64,000 bases of DNA from an uncultured Pseudomonadota bacterium (GTDB taxonomy: Bacteria; Myxococcota_A; Polyangia; Fen-1088). Below, in pieces: positions 32,655 through 44,227 of this stretch. Position numbers and translations under genes: made by a program. The DNA lies in the NCBI GenBank assembly GCA_963847705.1, contig CAWKBC010000027.1, positions 224,001 to 288,000 of the forward strand. Direction: 5' to 3'. Every line of letters begins with the position of its first letter. Within the stretch, counting starts at the first letter, position 1. The notes under the pieces were generated by a model. It saw only the letters and a list, made by a program, of their open reading frames with translations. It made no database searches and was not told the origin of the DNA.

Positions 32655-34149
32655 AGCGGCGGAGCAGGCGCTTGGTCCGCGCCTGATAGGGGAAGCCGAG
32701 TTGCCGGGCGACGAACGGCGAGAGCCATCCCAGCAAGGGATGGTCCTCGACGATGGTTTCGATCCGGCAGAACTGGCGCAGCCCCTCGGCGCCGTGGCGG
32801 AACCCGAAGCCGCTCGCCTTGATCCCGCCCAGCGGCGCCTCGACGCAGAAGTAGTTGAAGAGCGCGTCGTTCACGCAGAGGCTGCCGGTCGCCACCCGCC
32901 GCGCCAGCGCCCGCGCCTTGTCGACGTCGGCTGACCAGACGCTGCCCGACAGGCCGAACGGCGAATCGTTGGCGATGCGCAGCGCCTCCTCGGGGCTCCC
33001 GACCCGCATCACCGGCAGGAGAGGGCCGAAGGTCTCCTCGCGCATGACCGCCATCTCCAGCGTCGCGTCGGCGATCAGCGTCGGGGGGAAGAACTGCCCG
33101 CCCCCCAGATCGGTCCGCCGCGCGCCGCCGGTCAGCACGCGGGCGCCGCGCGCGACGGCGTCGGCGATCTGCCCCTCGGCGCGGGCGATCTGCGGCGCGA
33201 AGGTGATGGCGCCGACGTCGACGGTCACCTCGCCGGCGCCGTCGCGCCCGGGGTCCGCCTGGCGCAGGCGTCCGATCTCCTCGGTCATGAGCGCCAGCAG
33301 GCGATCGGCGGCGGGCGCCTCGACCAGCACGCGCTCGGTGCGGATGCAGACCTGGCCGCTGCCGGCGAACCCGCTCCAGACGGCGGCGCGCGCGGCCCGC
33401 GGCAGATCGGCGTCGGCGAGCACGATCATCGCCGACTTCCCCCCCAGCTCCAGCACCGCCGGGATGAGGCGCGCGGCGGCGGCCGCCGCCACCTGCTTGC
33501 CGACGGCCGGGCTGCCGGTGAAGAAGATCATGTCGGCCGACGCCGTCAGCGCCGCGCCCCCGTCCCCGCGTCCGGCCACGACCTCGAGCACGCCGTCGGG
33601 GAGCCCGCAGCTCTTCCAGAGCGCGCCCACGCGCAGCGAAGTCAGCGGCGTGGTGTCCGACGGTTTCAGCACCACCGCGTTGCCGGCCGCCAGCGGCCCG
33701 ATGCAGTCGCCATAGTTGTTGAGCAGCGGAAAGTTCCAGGGGCCGATGACGCCGACGACGCCGCGCGGGTGGCGGACGACGCGCGTCCTTTTGTTGGAGA
33801 AGATGAGCGGGTGGTGGAGCTCGTCGCGCAGCGCCCGCCGCCCCGCCCGCCCCGTGTAGTAGCGGGTCAGCTCGAGCACGTAAAACAGCTCGAACAGCTC
33901 GGCCTCGTAGCGGGTCTTGCCAGTCTCGGCGACCAGCGACGCCATCAGCTCGTCGTCGTCGCGCAGCGCGCGCGCGAACCGGCGCAGCGCGCGCGCCCGT
34001 TCGCCGAAGGACAGCGCCCCCCAGGCCGGCTGCGCCGCCCGCGCCCGCGCCACCGCCGCCTCGATCGCCGCCGGGTCGGCGCAGGGGATCTCCCGGATGA
34101 TCTGGCCGGTGGCGGCGTTCTTGACGCGAATCGGATCGGGGGCGCTCAC
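32635..34149 (-). CDS. Aldehyde dehydrogenase family protein
   Basis: PWNFP, KPS, FTGS, LELGGK (catalytic Glu), GQVC (catalytic Cys), EETFGP. Confidence 0.93.
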   Translation of the reverse strand: MSAPDPIRVKNAATGQIIREIPCADPAAIEAAVARARAAQPAWGALSFGERARALRRFARALRDDDELMASLVAETGKTRYEAELFELFYVLELTRYYTGRAGRRALRDELHHPLIFSNKRTRVVRHPRGVVGVIGPWNFPLLNNYGDCIGPLAAGNAVVLKPSDTTPLTSLRVGALWKSCGLPDGVLEVVAGRGDGGAALTASADMIFFTGSPAVGKQVAAAAAARLIPAVLELGGKSAMIVLADADLPRAARAAVWSGFAGSGQVCIRTERVLVEAPAADRLLALMTEEIGRLRQADPGRDGAGEVTVDVGAITFAPQIARAEGQIADAVARGARVLTGGARRTDLGGGQFFPPTLIADATLEMAVMREETFGPLLPVMRVGSPEEALRIANDSPFGLSGSVWSADVDKARALARRVATGSLCVNDALFNYFCVEAPLGGIKASGFGFRHGAEGLRQFCRIETIVEDHPLLGWLSPFVARQLGFPYQARTKRLLRRFMRLFY

Positions 34150-34583
34150 GGGGAGACATTACGTCGCCGAACGATGTCCCCCGTCAACCTCACCGGCACA
34201 CAGCCGGGCCAGAGCGGCAGGGCGTTGAGGATCGGAAACCCGTTCAGCCACCCGCAGCCGCCCGCGATGGTGACGGTGAGGCCGACGACCGCCTCGCCCC
34301 CGGCCGCGGCGATCTGAGCGTTGATCTCGTCGGAGAAATCGCGCGTCGGCGGGGTCGTCAGCGCCGAGTAGACGAAGCCTGGGGTCGTCTTGCGGATGTC
34401 GAGCCAACCGACCTTGACCAACGTCCGCGCGTCGTAGGGGCGTCCGCTGGCATCGCGCACCACCGGCGAGAGGGAGAGCGGATAGCGCGCGCGATCCGCG
34501 GTGACGTTGACGCGCGCACCGGCGCACCCCGCGGCGGCGAGCGCGGCCAGCGCGCCGAACAGCAGGCGCGCGCGGGTCGTCAC
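34146..34583 (-). CDS. Hypothetical lipoprotein
   Basis: Lipobox AAAGC; GTG start overlaps upstream TGA. Confidence 0.7.
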   Translation of the reverse strand: MTTRARLLFGALAALAAAGCAGARVNVTADRARYPLSLSPVVRDASGRPYDARTLVKVGWLDIRKTTPGFVYSALTTPPTRDFSDEINAQIAAAGGEAVVGLTVTIAGGCGWLNGFPILNALPLWPGCVPVRLTGDIVRRRNVSP

Positions 34584-35041
34584 AGCGACGGACACGACGC
34601 TCCCGGGACGATGACTTCGGTGGCCTCGGCCTCGACCAGGACGTCGTAGATGTAGAACAGGAACGGCACGGTGACCTGCCAGGCGTGGGCGCCGAGCTTC
34701 GACAGCTGAAGGTCGTGCTGGCAGGGTGTCCAGTAAAGGAGCCGATCGGCCGAGACTCCGAGCTGACTGTCATCCGCCAGCCCCCAGAGGTAAGCCGGAA
34801 AGAAGAAGTCGTAGGAACGCCGCCGCCCCGCGATGGAGGCCAAAGCTACCGGTGCAGGGAGGCGTGCCCTTGGGCCGCACCCGATGCAGGGCACCGGGCC
34901 GAGCAAGACCGGCACCCGCAGCTCGGCGGTGCTCAACGACGTCGAGGAGCAACCCCCGAGGGCGAGCGCGACGACGACGGCAAGGGCGAGCGCGGGAACG
35001 GCGCCCGGGACGACGACAGCCGGTGCGGACCACCGCGGCAC
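34580..35041 (-). CDS. Hypothetical lipoprotein
   Basis: Hydrophobic stretch then LGGC; start uncertain. Confidence 0.6.
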   Translation of the reverse strand: MPRWSAPAVVVPGAVPALALAVVVALALGGCSSTSLSTAELRVPVLLGPVPCIGCGPRARLPAPVALASIAGRRRSYDFFFPAYLWGLADDSQLGVSADRLLYWTPCQHDLQLSKLGAHAWQVTVPFLFYIYDVLVEAEATEVIVPGASCPSL

Positions 35042-35126
35042 TCCTCGATGTTGAACGGGACGGGAGGCAACCACAAGCGCGGTCCGCCGACGGTCGGGGC
35101 GGGGTCTCCGTGATAGAATTTTGGGC

Positions 35127-35564
35127 GTGGCAAGCGTCGACAATCGAAAGCTGAGGAAGCTGCGCATCCTGGTGGCCAAGGTCGGTCTCGACGGACACGA
35201 CCGCGGCGCCAAGGTGGTCGCGCGAGGCCTCGCCGACGCGGGGTACGAGGTGATCTACAGCGGGCTGCACCAGACGCCGGAGATGGTGGCCGCGGCGGCG
35301 GCGCAGGAGTCGGTCGACGCGGTCGGGCTCTCGATCATGTCGGGGGCGCACATGACGCACTTCCCGGCGGTGCGCGCCGCGCTGGACGCCCGTGGCGCGA
35401 ACGAGGTCGTTCTCTTCGGCGGCGGCATCGTCCCCGACGAGGACGCCGCGGCGCTGAAGGCGGGCGGCGTCGCCGCCATCTTCACGCCGGGGACGTCGAC
35501 CCAGGCGATCGTCGACTGGATCGAGCGCGAGCTGCGTCCGCGGGTCGAGGGAGCGGCGGCTTGA
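35127..35564 (+). CDS. Cobalamin-binding small subunit of methylmalonyl-CoA mutase
   Basis: GLDGHDRGAK (DxHxxG), GLSIMSGAH, GGGIVP, FTPGT; extended -10 TGATAGAAT 7 nt before GTG. Confidence 0.93.
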   Translation: MASVDNRKLRKLRILVAKVGLDGHDRGAKVVARGLADAGYEVIYSGLHQTPEMVAAAAAQESVDAVGLSIMSGAHMTHFPAVRAALDARGANEVVLFGGGIVPDEDAAALKAGGVAAIFTPGTSTQAIVDWIERELRPRVEGAAA

Positions 35565-36793
35565 TCCGCACCCTCCTGCGCGCAGCGTCGGTGGCGGCGC
35601 TGGCCGTCGTCCTGTCGTCGCCGGTGCGGGCCCAGGCGGGCGTGCAGCCCGAGGAGAACCGGATCGCCGACATCCTGCAGTCGACGCTGGTCGCGCACGG
35701 CGCCGAGGTGAACCGCTGCTTCGAGCGGGCGCTGGCCGACACGCTCGACGTCTCGGGCAAGATCGAGCTCTCGGTCGACGTCGGCGCGGCCGGCAAGATC
35801 ACCAAGGCCGAGCCGGCCCTCGACGAGGTGAAGTCGCCCGTCCTGCTGGCCTGCCTGGAGGCGAGCGCGCTGACCTGGACGCTGGTGGGGATCGATCCCG
35901 GCAGCACCGTCGTGGTGCCGCTGGCCTTCGAGGGCCAGGCGGCCCAGTTCACCATCAAGGTCGCGGACGCGCCCGAGCACGGCCCGCCCGCGCCCAAGCG
36001 CAAGGCGGGCGGCTCGCCGCCCCCGGCCCCGCCGTTCTCGGTCAAGCTGCTGGTCGACGAGGCGACGATGCACGCCCAGAAGGCGGCGGTGGCGCAGCTG
36101 ACCGTGGCGCCGGCCAACCGGATCGCGCTCCACCGCCACCCGGGCGCGGAGCTTCTCTACGTGATGCGCGGCCACGCGCGCGTGCTGGGCGCCGCCGGCG
36201 TGGCCCCCGAGAAGCTGGACGAGGGGATGGCGATATACATTCCCCCCGCGATGCCGCACGCCATCGAGAACATGGGGCGCCAGACGCCCGCGCTGCTGCT
36301 GGAGGTCTTCGTTCCGCCCGGGCCCGAAAAGGTCTTCCGAGATCCCAAGGATCCCGCCGGGCGCGCGGCCTTCGAGGTTCTTCACGACCCCAAGGTCGCG
36401 TCACCCGAGGGCGCCAAGTTCATCGTCGCCACGCCGACCGCCGGGGCGGCCCTGCCGCTCTTCGGCGGCAAGGGGAGGGCGACGCCGCTGCTCGACGTGG
36501 CCCACACCGGCGATCGCGCCGTCTACCTCGGCAAGCTGGAGGCCGAGCCGGGCGTCGAGGTTCCCCGTCACTCGCACCCCGGCGCCGAGGAGATCATCTT
36601 CGTCATGGCCGGAGCTGGCGAATTGACGGTGGGGAGCGAAAAATTCCCCTTCGAGGGGCCGGAGGCGCTCTACATTCCCGCCGGACAACCGCACGCCGTG
36701 AAGTTCACCGGGACCGACAAGGCCGAGATGGTGCAGATCTACGCGCCGGCCGGCCCCGAGGACCGCTACAAGGACGCCAAGACCAAACCATGA
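35561..36793 (+). CDS. Exported AgmX/TonB-C-like domain plus double cupin protein
   Basis: Signal peptide (VRA-Q), NRCFERAL...GKIELSVDVGAAGKI...CL, two cupin motifs HRHPGAE..PHA and HSHPGAEE..PHA. Confidence 0.75.
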   Translation: MIRTLLRAASVAALAVVLSSPVRAQAGVQPEENRIADILQSTLVAHGAEVNRCFERALADTLDVSGKIELSVDVGAAGKITKAEPALDEVKSPVLLACLEASALTWTLVGIDPGSTVVVPLAFEGQAAQFTIKVADAPEHGPPAPKRKAGGSPPPAPPFSVKLLVDEATMHAQKAAVAQLTVAPANRIALHRHPGAELLYVMRGHARVLGAAGVAPEKLDEGMAIYIPPAMPHAIENMGRQTPALLLEVFVPPGPEKVFRDPKDPAGRAAFEVLHDPKVASPEGAKFIVATPTAGAALPLFGGKGRATPLLDVAHTGDRAVYLGKLEAEPGVEVPRHSHPGAEEIIFVMAGAGELTVGSEKFPFEGPEALYIPAGQPHAVKFTGTDKAEMVQIYAPAGPEDRYKDAKTKP

Positions 36794-37950
36794 TCGACTT
36801 CGAGCTGACCGACGACCAGCGCGTCCTGCAGAGATCGGTGCGCGAGCTCTGCGACCGGCTGATCGTCCCCCACGCGCACGACTGGGACGAAGAGGAGCGC
36901 TTCCCGCACGAGGTCATCAAGCCGATGGGGGAGATGGGCCTGTTCGGGATGCAGGTCCCCGAGAAGTACGGCGGCGCGGGGATGAAATGCCACGACTTCG
37001 TGGTGGCGCTGGAGGAGGTGGCGCGGGCCGACGCCTCGGTCGGCCTCACGATGGCCTCGCACAACTCGCTCTGCACGGGGCACATCTTCCTGGCCAGCAC
37101 CGAGGCGCAGAAACAGAAGTACCTGCCCCGCCTCGCCAGCGGCGAGGTGCTGGGCGGGTGGGGGCTGACCGAGCCGGGCTCGGGCTCCGATGCCGGGGCC
37201 GCGCGCACGCGCGCCGTGCGGCAAGGCGACAAGTGGGTCATCAACGGCACCAAGACCTTCATCACCCAGGGGTCGGTCGGTGGCGTGTTCGTGGTGATGG
37301 CCTCGACCAGCCCCGAGAAGAAGGCCAAGGGGTTGACGGCGTTCATCGTCGAGCGCGGGATGCCCGGCTTTCGCACCGGCAAGAAGATCCACAAGATGGG
37401 GCTGCGCGCCTCCGACACGACGGAGCTGATCTTCGAGGACGTCACCGTCGGTGAGGAGCACCGCCTGGGCGAGATCGACAACGGCTTCTTCGACACGCTG
37501 AAGGTGCTCGACAAGGGGCGGATCGGCATCGGCGCCTGGTCGGTCGGCATCGGCCGCGCGGCGCTCGAGGCCTCCCTTCGCTACGCCAAGGAGCGGGTGC
37601 AGTTCGGCAAGTCGCTCTCCGAGTTCCAGGCCATCCAGCACATGCTGGCCGACATGGCGACCGAGCTGGACGCCGCGCGGCTTCTGGTTTGGCGCGCGGC
37701 CTGGATGCAGGACCAGGGGCAGCGCACCACCGAGGAGTCGTCGATCGCCAAGTACTACGCGGCGCGGGCGAGCGTCCGCGCCTGCAACGCCGCCGTCCAG
37801 ATCCACGGCGGCTACGGCTACACCCGCGAGTTCGACGTCGAGCGCTACCTGCGCGACGCCAAGCTGGCCGAGATCGGCGAGGGGACCAACGAGGTCCAGA
37901 AGATGGTGATCGCGCGCGAGCTCCTGCGCACGGCGGCCGAGCAGGGCTAG
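36790..37950 (+). CDS. Acyl-CoA dehydrogenase (short/branched-chain type)
   Basis: LTEPGSGSD, INGTKTFIT, KMGLRASDT, RVQFGK, QIHGGYGY, IGEGTNEVQ. Confidence 0.95.
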   Translation: MIDFELTDDQRVLQRSVRELCDRLIVPHAHDWDEEERFPHEVIKPMGEMGLFGMQVPEKYGGAGMKCHDFVVALEEVARADASVGLTMASHNSLCTGHIFLASTEAQKQKYLPRLASGEVLGGWGLTEPGSGSDAGAARTRAVRQGDKWVINGTKTFITQGSVGGVFVVMASTSPEKKAKGLTAFIVERGMPGFRTGKKIHKMGLRASDTTELIFEDVTVGEEHRLGEIDNGFFDTLKVLDKGRIGIGAWSVGIGRAALEASLRYAKERVQFGKSLSEFQAIQHMLADMATELDAARLLVWRAAWMQDQGQRTTEESSIAKYYAARASVRACNAAVQIHGGYGYTREFDVERYLRDAKLAEIGEGTNEVQKMVIARELLRTAAEQG

Positions 37951-37972
37951 AGGGCGTTGCCGTAAGGCGACG

Positions 37973-39085
37973 GTGAGCGAAGCGAACCATGGACATTGGC
38001 CCGACGACATGCCCGCCGAAGGTGGCCTGAGCGGGAGCCCCGTGGCGGACGCGGGCGTTCGGCAAGGGGAAGGCGCCGTGGAGGGCGGCGTCGAAGGCGG
38101 CGTCGAACGCTCCGTCGAACGCGCCGTCGAACGCTCCGTCGACCGCATCTTGGCCGGCGATCTGCGCGCGGCGGCCACGCTCATGCGGGCGCTCGACGAC
38201 GAGCTGCCGGGCGCGCGCCAGGCGCTGCGCGCCATCTATCCCCACGGCGGGCGCGCCTTCGTCGTCGGGGTCACCGGCAGCCCCGGCGTCGGCAAGTCGA
38301 CGCTGGTCTCGGCGCTGGTGGCGGCCTACCGCGCGCGCGGCGAGCGGGTCGCGGTGGTGGCGGTCGATCCCTCCAGCCCCTTCAGCGGCGGCGCGCTCCT
38401 CGGCGATCGCGTGCGGATGAGCCGCCACGCCACCGATGACGGTGTCTTCATCCGCTCGCTGGCCACGCGCGGGCACCAGGGCGGGCTTTCGCGCGCGACC
38501 TCGGCGTCGGTGGCGGTGCTCGACGCCGCCGGGTTTCCGGTGATCTTCGTGGAGACGGTGGGGGCAGGGCAGGCGGAGCTCGACGTCGCCGACGCCGCCG
38601 ACGCCGTGCTGGTGGTGACGGCGCCCGGCCTCGGCGACGAGGTCCAGGCGTTGAAGGCGGGCCTGCTGGAGATCGCCGACCTGCTGGTGGTGAACAAGGG
38701 CGACCGCGAGGGTGCCGACCGGACGCTGGCGGATCTCACCGCGATGCTCGCGCTGGGGGCGCGCGCGGTGCCCCCCTTGCTCAAGACGGTCGCGGCGCGC
38801 GAGGCGGGCATCGACGAGCTCGTGGTGGCGCTGGAGCTCCTGCGGGCGCTCCCAGCCGCCGAGCGCACGGCGCGGCGGCGCCGCCAGGCGGCGCGACAGA
38901 TCGTGGCGATCGCGGGCGAGCGGGCACGCGCGCAGGCGGAGGCGGCGCTGGCCGAACATGACGCCGCCGCCTCCGCCGGCACCGATTTGCGCTGGGGGCC
39001 TACAGTCGACGCTGTGGTGTTGCGCACGCTCGATCCCTGGAGCGCCGCCGACCAGCTCTTGGAGGTGTTAAAATACCAGCCATGA
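37973..39085 (+). CDS. meaB: Methylmalonyl-CoA mutase-associated GTPase
   Basis: GVTGSPGVGKST, VDPSSPFSGGALLGDRVRM, ETVGAGQ, VNKGD. Confidence 0.93.
   Translation: MSEANHGHWPDDMPAEGGLSGSPVADAGVRQGEGAVEGGVEGGVERSVERAVERSVDRILAGDLRAAATLMRALDDELPGARQALRAIYPHGGRAFVVGVTGSPGVGKSTLVSALVAAYRARGERVAVVAVDPSSPFSGGALLGDRVRMSRHATDDGVFIRSLATRGHQGGLSRATSASVAVLDAAGFPVIFVETVGAGQAELDVADAADAVLVVTAPGLGDEVQALKAGLLEIADLLVVNKGDREGADRTLADLTAMLALGARAVPPLLKTVAAREAGIDELVVALELLRALPAAERTARRRRQAARQIVAIAGERARAQAEAALAEHDAAASAGTDLRWGPTVDAVVLRTLDPWSAADQLLEVLKYQP
38078..38146 (+). repeat. In-frame 12-bp tandem repeat in meaB (about 6 units)
   Basis: Units such as GTCGAACGCTCC encoding VEGG VEGG VERS VERA VERS VDR. Confidence 0.8.
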
Positions 39086-39792
39086 AGCCCCTCTCTCTTA
39101 AGGCAACGACGTCGATGCTGGCGACTCTGGGCCTGGTGGGGTGCGGCCTCATCAGCACCGACATCACCAAGGTGACGTTCGATCTTCCGACCGAGACGTA
39201 CACCTTCGACACCGCGCAGTGGAACATCCCGCCGGCCCTCGATGGTCTGGCATTTCCCACCATCGCCTGCACGACCGACGACGACTGCTGCAACAACCCG
39301 CTGGCGAGCGCCGCCGGCCTCGACTGCACGATGACGAAGCTCGCGTGCACATCGGGCTCCTGCGCCGCTTCGCTCCCCGAGTCCCAGGCCACGATGATCA
39401 ACCTGTCGACCGACGTCATGCCCAGCCTCTCCTCGTACACCTCGCTGGTCAGCATCTCGATCAGCAGCATCAAGTACACCGTCCGGAGCAACACCCTCAA
39501 CGTCGCCGTCCCGCCGCTCTCCATCTACCTGGCGCCCAACGGGGTGACCGACCCGACCGATTCCCGGGCGCAGCTCTTCGGCACGGTCCCCACGATCCCC
39601 GCGGGAAGCACGCCGAACGGGAACGTCCAGCTCGTGTCGAACGCCGCCGCCGTGTTCCAGATGTTCACCAGCAACCTGGCCACGCCGTTCGAGATCATCA
39701 CCGCAGCCACGGTGGTGATCGGGGCCGGAACCCCGGTTCCGACCGGGGCGATCACGATCGCCGTGACCGGCGCGCTCTCCGCGCAGCCGTGA
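39082..39792 (+). CDS. Lipoprotein with Cys-containing insert
   Basis: Lipobox LVGC; Thr/Ser-rich beta domain. Confidence 0.8.
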   Translation: MKPLSLKATTSMLATLGLVGCGLISTDITKVTFDLPTETYTFDTAQWNIPPALDGLAFPTIACTTDDDCCNNPLASAAGLDCTMTKLACTSGSCAASLPESQATMINLSTDVMPSLSSYTSLVSISISSIKYTVRSNTLNVAVPPLSIYLAPNGVTDPTDSRAQLFGTVPTIPAGSTPNGNVQLVSNAAAVFQMFTSNLATPFEIITAATVVIGAGTPVPTGAITIAVTGALSAQP

Positions 39793-39805
39793 GCCGATCG
39801 CAGCC

Positions 39806-41032
39806 GTGAGCCCGAACGTCGATCGCGACGTGGTGATCGCCGGCGCCGGTCCGGCCGGCGTCGCCGCGGCCGTCGCGCTGGCGGCGCGGATTCCCGCCGA
39901 GCGAATCGTCTGCCTCGACAAGGCGCGATTTCCCCGCGACAAGCCCTGTGGCGGCGGGTTGACCGGGCACGCGCACGCGGCGCTGGCGCGGCTGGGCCTC
40001 GAGGTGCGGGTGCCGCGCGTCCCTTGCGACCTGGGGCGGCTGGCCTACCGGGGCCGGGCGCGGGATGTCGTGCTCGGCCGGCCGGTCGACATCGTCCGCC
40101 GGTGCGAGTTCGACGCCGATCTGGTGGCGCAGGCGCGCGCGCGCGGGATCGAGATCCTGACGGGGGAGGGGCTGGCCTCGTTCGAGGTCGATGCCCGGGC
40201 CGATGGCGGCGCGGGATCGGTCCGGATCGCCACCACCACCGGCCGCCGGTTGACCGCGCGCGTGCTGGTCGGGGCCGACGGCGCCGGCAGCCGGGTCCGC
40301 CGCGCGCTCACCGCCGATGATCGTCCGCCGCTGCGGCTGTTCCAGGCCGAGGTGCCGATGCCGCCCGCGCTGGCCGCTCTGGTCGACGGCCGCATGGTCT
40401 ACGACTTTTCGTTGATGGCCTGCGGGCTGCGCGGCTATCTCTGGCTGTTCCCCGCGCCGGGGGGCCGCCTGAACGTCGGCGCCATGCACTCCGCCACCAC
40501 CGCACAGAAGCTCTCCGGGGCGGCCATCGAGGCTCTGCTGCGAAAGGGGCTGGCCGCCTACGGCGTCGACCTGCCGGACGGCGCGCGCGGATGGCCGGCC
40601 TGGCGTCACCAGGCGGGCGGCCGCGTGGCCGCGCCGCACCTCGTCTGCGTGGGGGATGCGGCTGGCATCGACGCGCTGACCGGCGAGGGGATCGCCGTCG
40701 GGCTCGAGCATGGGCCGATCGCCGCCGAGGCGATCGCGCGCGCGCTGGAGACGGGCGACTTTCGCTTCGCCGACTACGGCGCCGCGATCGATCGCGCGGT
40801 GGTCGGTCGCGAGCTGACGCTCGACGGCCGGCTGGCGAAGATGCTCTACGCCCCGCGCGCCGGCAAGCTGTGGCTGTCGCTGATCCTGTTCGATCGGCGC
40901 GTGCAGCAGCTCTACGCCGCGCGCGTCTCCGGCTCGGAGGTGCTGGCCGACCGCAAGCGCGCCCTTCTGGGAGCGCTCCTGCGCCACGCGGTCACGGCAC
41001 CGGTCCGCCTGCTGCGCATGCAGAGCGCCTGA
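39806..41032 (+). CDS. Geranylgeranyl reductase-family FAD oxidoreductase
   Basis: GAGPAG, FPRDKPCGGGL, VGADG, GYLWLFP, VGDAAG.DALTGEGI. Confidence 0.88.
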   Translation: MSPNVDRDVVIAGAGPAGVAAAVALAARIPAERIVCLDKARFPRDKPCGGGLTGHAHAALARLGLEVRVPRVPCDLGRLAYRGRARDVVLGRPVDIVRRCEFDADLVAQARARGIEILTGEGLASFEVDARADGGAGSVRIATTTGRRLTARVLVGADGAGSRVRRALTADDRPPLRLFQAEVPMPPALAALVDGRMVYDFSLMACGLRGYLWLFPAPGGRLNVGAMHSATTAQKLSGAAIEALLRKGLAAYGVDLPDGARGWPAWRHQAGGRVAAPHLVCVGDAAGIDALTGEGIAVGLEHGPIAAEAIARALETGDFRFADYGAAIDRAVVGRELTLDGRLAKMLYAPRAGKLWLSLILFDRRVQQLYAARVSGSEVLADRKRALLGALLRHAVTAPVRLLRMQSA

Positions 41033-41040
41033 GCGAGCCC

Positions 41041-41166
41041 GTCAGGTGGTGGACGTCAGGCGGTGGACGTCAGGCGGTGGACGTCGGGCGGTGGACGTCA
41101 GGTGGTGGACGTCAGGCGGTGGACGTCAGGTGGTGGACGTCAGGTGGTGGACGTCAGGTGGTGAAC
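41041..41166. repeat. Intergenic tandem array, 9 x 14 bp (GTCAGGYGGTGGAC)
   Basis: Nine contiguous units counted directly; variants GTCGGG in unit 4 and GGTGAAC in unit 9; no spacers. Confidence 0.95.
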
Positions 41167-41209
41167 CGTCAGCCCGTGGAGATGTCGGGCACGTCTGGCG
41201 GGTGAAACG

Positions 41210-41659
41210 TCAGGCGGTGGCGCGGGTCGGGGCGTCGGTGGGGGCAGGCTCAGCGGTCGCGGTCGCGCCGCTCTCGCTGAGCGGACCAGTCGTCGTTACG
41301 GGCACGGTCACGGGCACGGGGTCGGAGCCAGCCTCCCGCAGCTTCGCCCCCTTGTCCTGCTTGTCTTGCTTGCCGGCGTTGACGCGCTCTTTCAGCTCCT
41401 TGCCCACCTTGAAGAAAGGGAGCCGCTTCGGCTGGACGCTCACCCGCACGCCCGTGCGGGGATTGCGCCCTTCATAAGGACGATAGCTTCGCAGCTCGAA
41501 GCTGCCGAAACCGCGGATCTCGATCCGCTCGCCCCGCTTGAGGGCCCCCTCCATCGACTCGAAGACCACCTGGACGAGCTGCTCGGCCCGCCCTTTCGGA
41601 ATCTTCTGCGTCTCACACAAAACGTCGATGAGATCCGACTTCGTCATCGTCCCGTTCAT
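41210..41659 (-). CDS. ihfB: Integration host factor beta / HU family DNA-binding protein with C-terminal tail
   Basis: MTKSDLI...RIEIRGFGSF...GRNPRTG...PFFKVGKELKERVN. Confidence 0.88.
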   Translation of the reverse strand: MNGTMTKSDLIDVLCETQKIPKGRAEQLVQVVFESMEGALKRGERIEIRGFGSFELRSYRPYEGRNPRTGVRVSVQPKRLPFFKVGKELKERVNAGKQDKQDKGAKLREAGSDPVPVTVPVTTTGPLSESGATATAEPAPTDAPTRATA

Positions 41660-41818
41660 CCCCCCGTCGCTCCGGCCGATCCAGCGCTTCCCGCTTCACG
41701 GCGGCGCAACCAAAACGTGAGCGACACTTAACGGTACCCTCTTTCGCCGCCGTCGTGCAATCCAAAATCAGCCGTTCACTTACGAGCCCAGCCGCTCAGG
41801 TGACCAACGGCTAACCGC

Positions 41819-43531
<1,713 letters not shown>

Positions 43532-43534
43532 GCG

Positions 43535-44227
43535 CTAGGTGACGTCGATCTCCGGGACGTTCCCCTCGACGATCAGGCGGGGCTCGGTCTTGGACTGGAT
43601 CTCCTCGACGGAGACCCCCGGAGCCCGCTCGCGCAGCGCGAGACCGGCCGGGGTCACGTCGAGCACGGCCAGATCGGTGATGATCCGGTGCACCGCGCCC
43701 ACCGCCGTCAGCGGCAGCGTGCAGCGCTCGAGGATCTTCTTCTCCTCGACGGGAGGCGGTGCTCCGGGCACCGCCCTTCCCTTGGCGACGTGCTCCATCA
43801 TCACGATCACCCGCTTGGCGGCCGCCACCAGATCCATCGCGCCGCCCATCCCCTTGATCATCTTCCCCGGGATCATCCAGTTGGCGAGATCCCCGGTCTC
43901 CGCCACCTGCATCGCGCCCAGGATCGCGCAGTCGATGTGCCCGCCGCGGATCATGGCGAAGGACTCCGCCGACGAGAAGTAGGCGGCCCCGGGGACGGCG
44001 GTGACCGTCTGCTTGCCGGCGTTGATGAGATCGGGATCCTCTTCCCCTTCGTAAGGAAACGGCCCGATGCCGAGCAGGCCGTTCTCGGACTGCAGGACGA
44101 TGTCGGTGCCGGCCGGCACGAAGTTCGCCACCAACGTCGGCATCCCGATCCCCAGGTTGACGTACATGCCGTCGCGCAGCTCGCGCGCCGCGCGCTTGGC
44201 CACCTGATCGCGCGTGAGGACGGGCAT
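43535..44227 (-). CDS. scoB: 3-oxoacid CoA-transferase subunit B
   Basis: [15 protein letters not shown] (catalytic Glu), GMGGAMDL; ATG overlaps scoA stop. Confidence 0.92.
   Translation of the reverse strand: MPVLTRDQVAKRAARELRDGMYVNLGIGMPTLVANFVPAGTDIVLQSENGLLGIGPFPYEGEEDPDLINAGKQTVTAVPGAAYFSSAESFAMIRGGHIDCAILGAMQVAETGDLANWMIPGKMIKGMGGAMDLVAAAKRVIVMMEHVAKGRAVPGAPPPVEEKKILERCTLPLTAVGAVHRIITDLAVLDVTPAGLALRERAPGVSVEEIQSKTEPRLIVEGNVPEIDVT

Noticed and set aside
41041-41166. CRISPR array or repeat-protein ORF (41046..41477)
   Set aside because: Units are contiguous with no spacers, only 14 bp long, and no cas genes are present; the ORF is a by-product of the stop-free repeat
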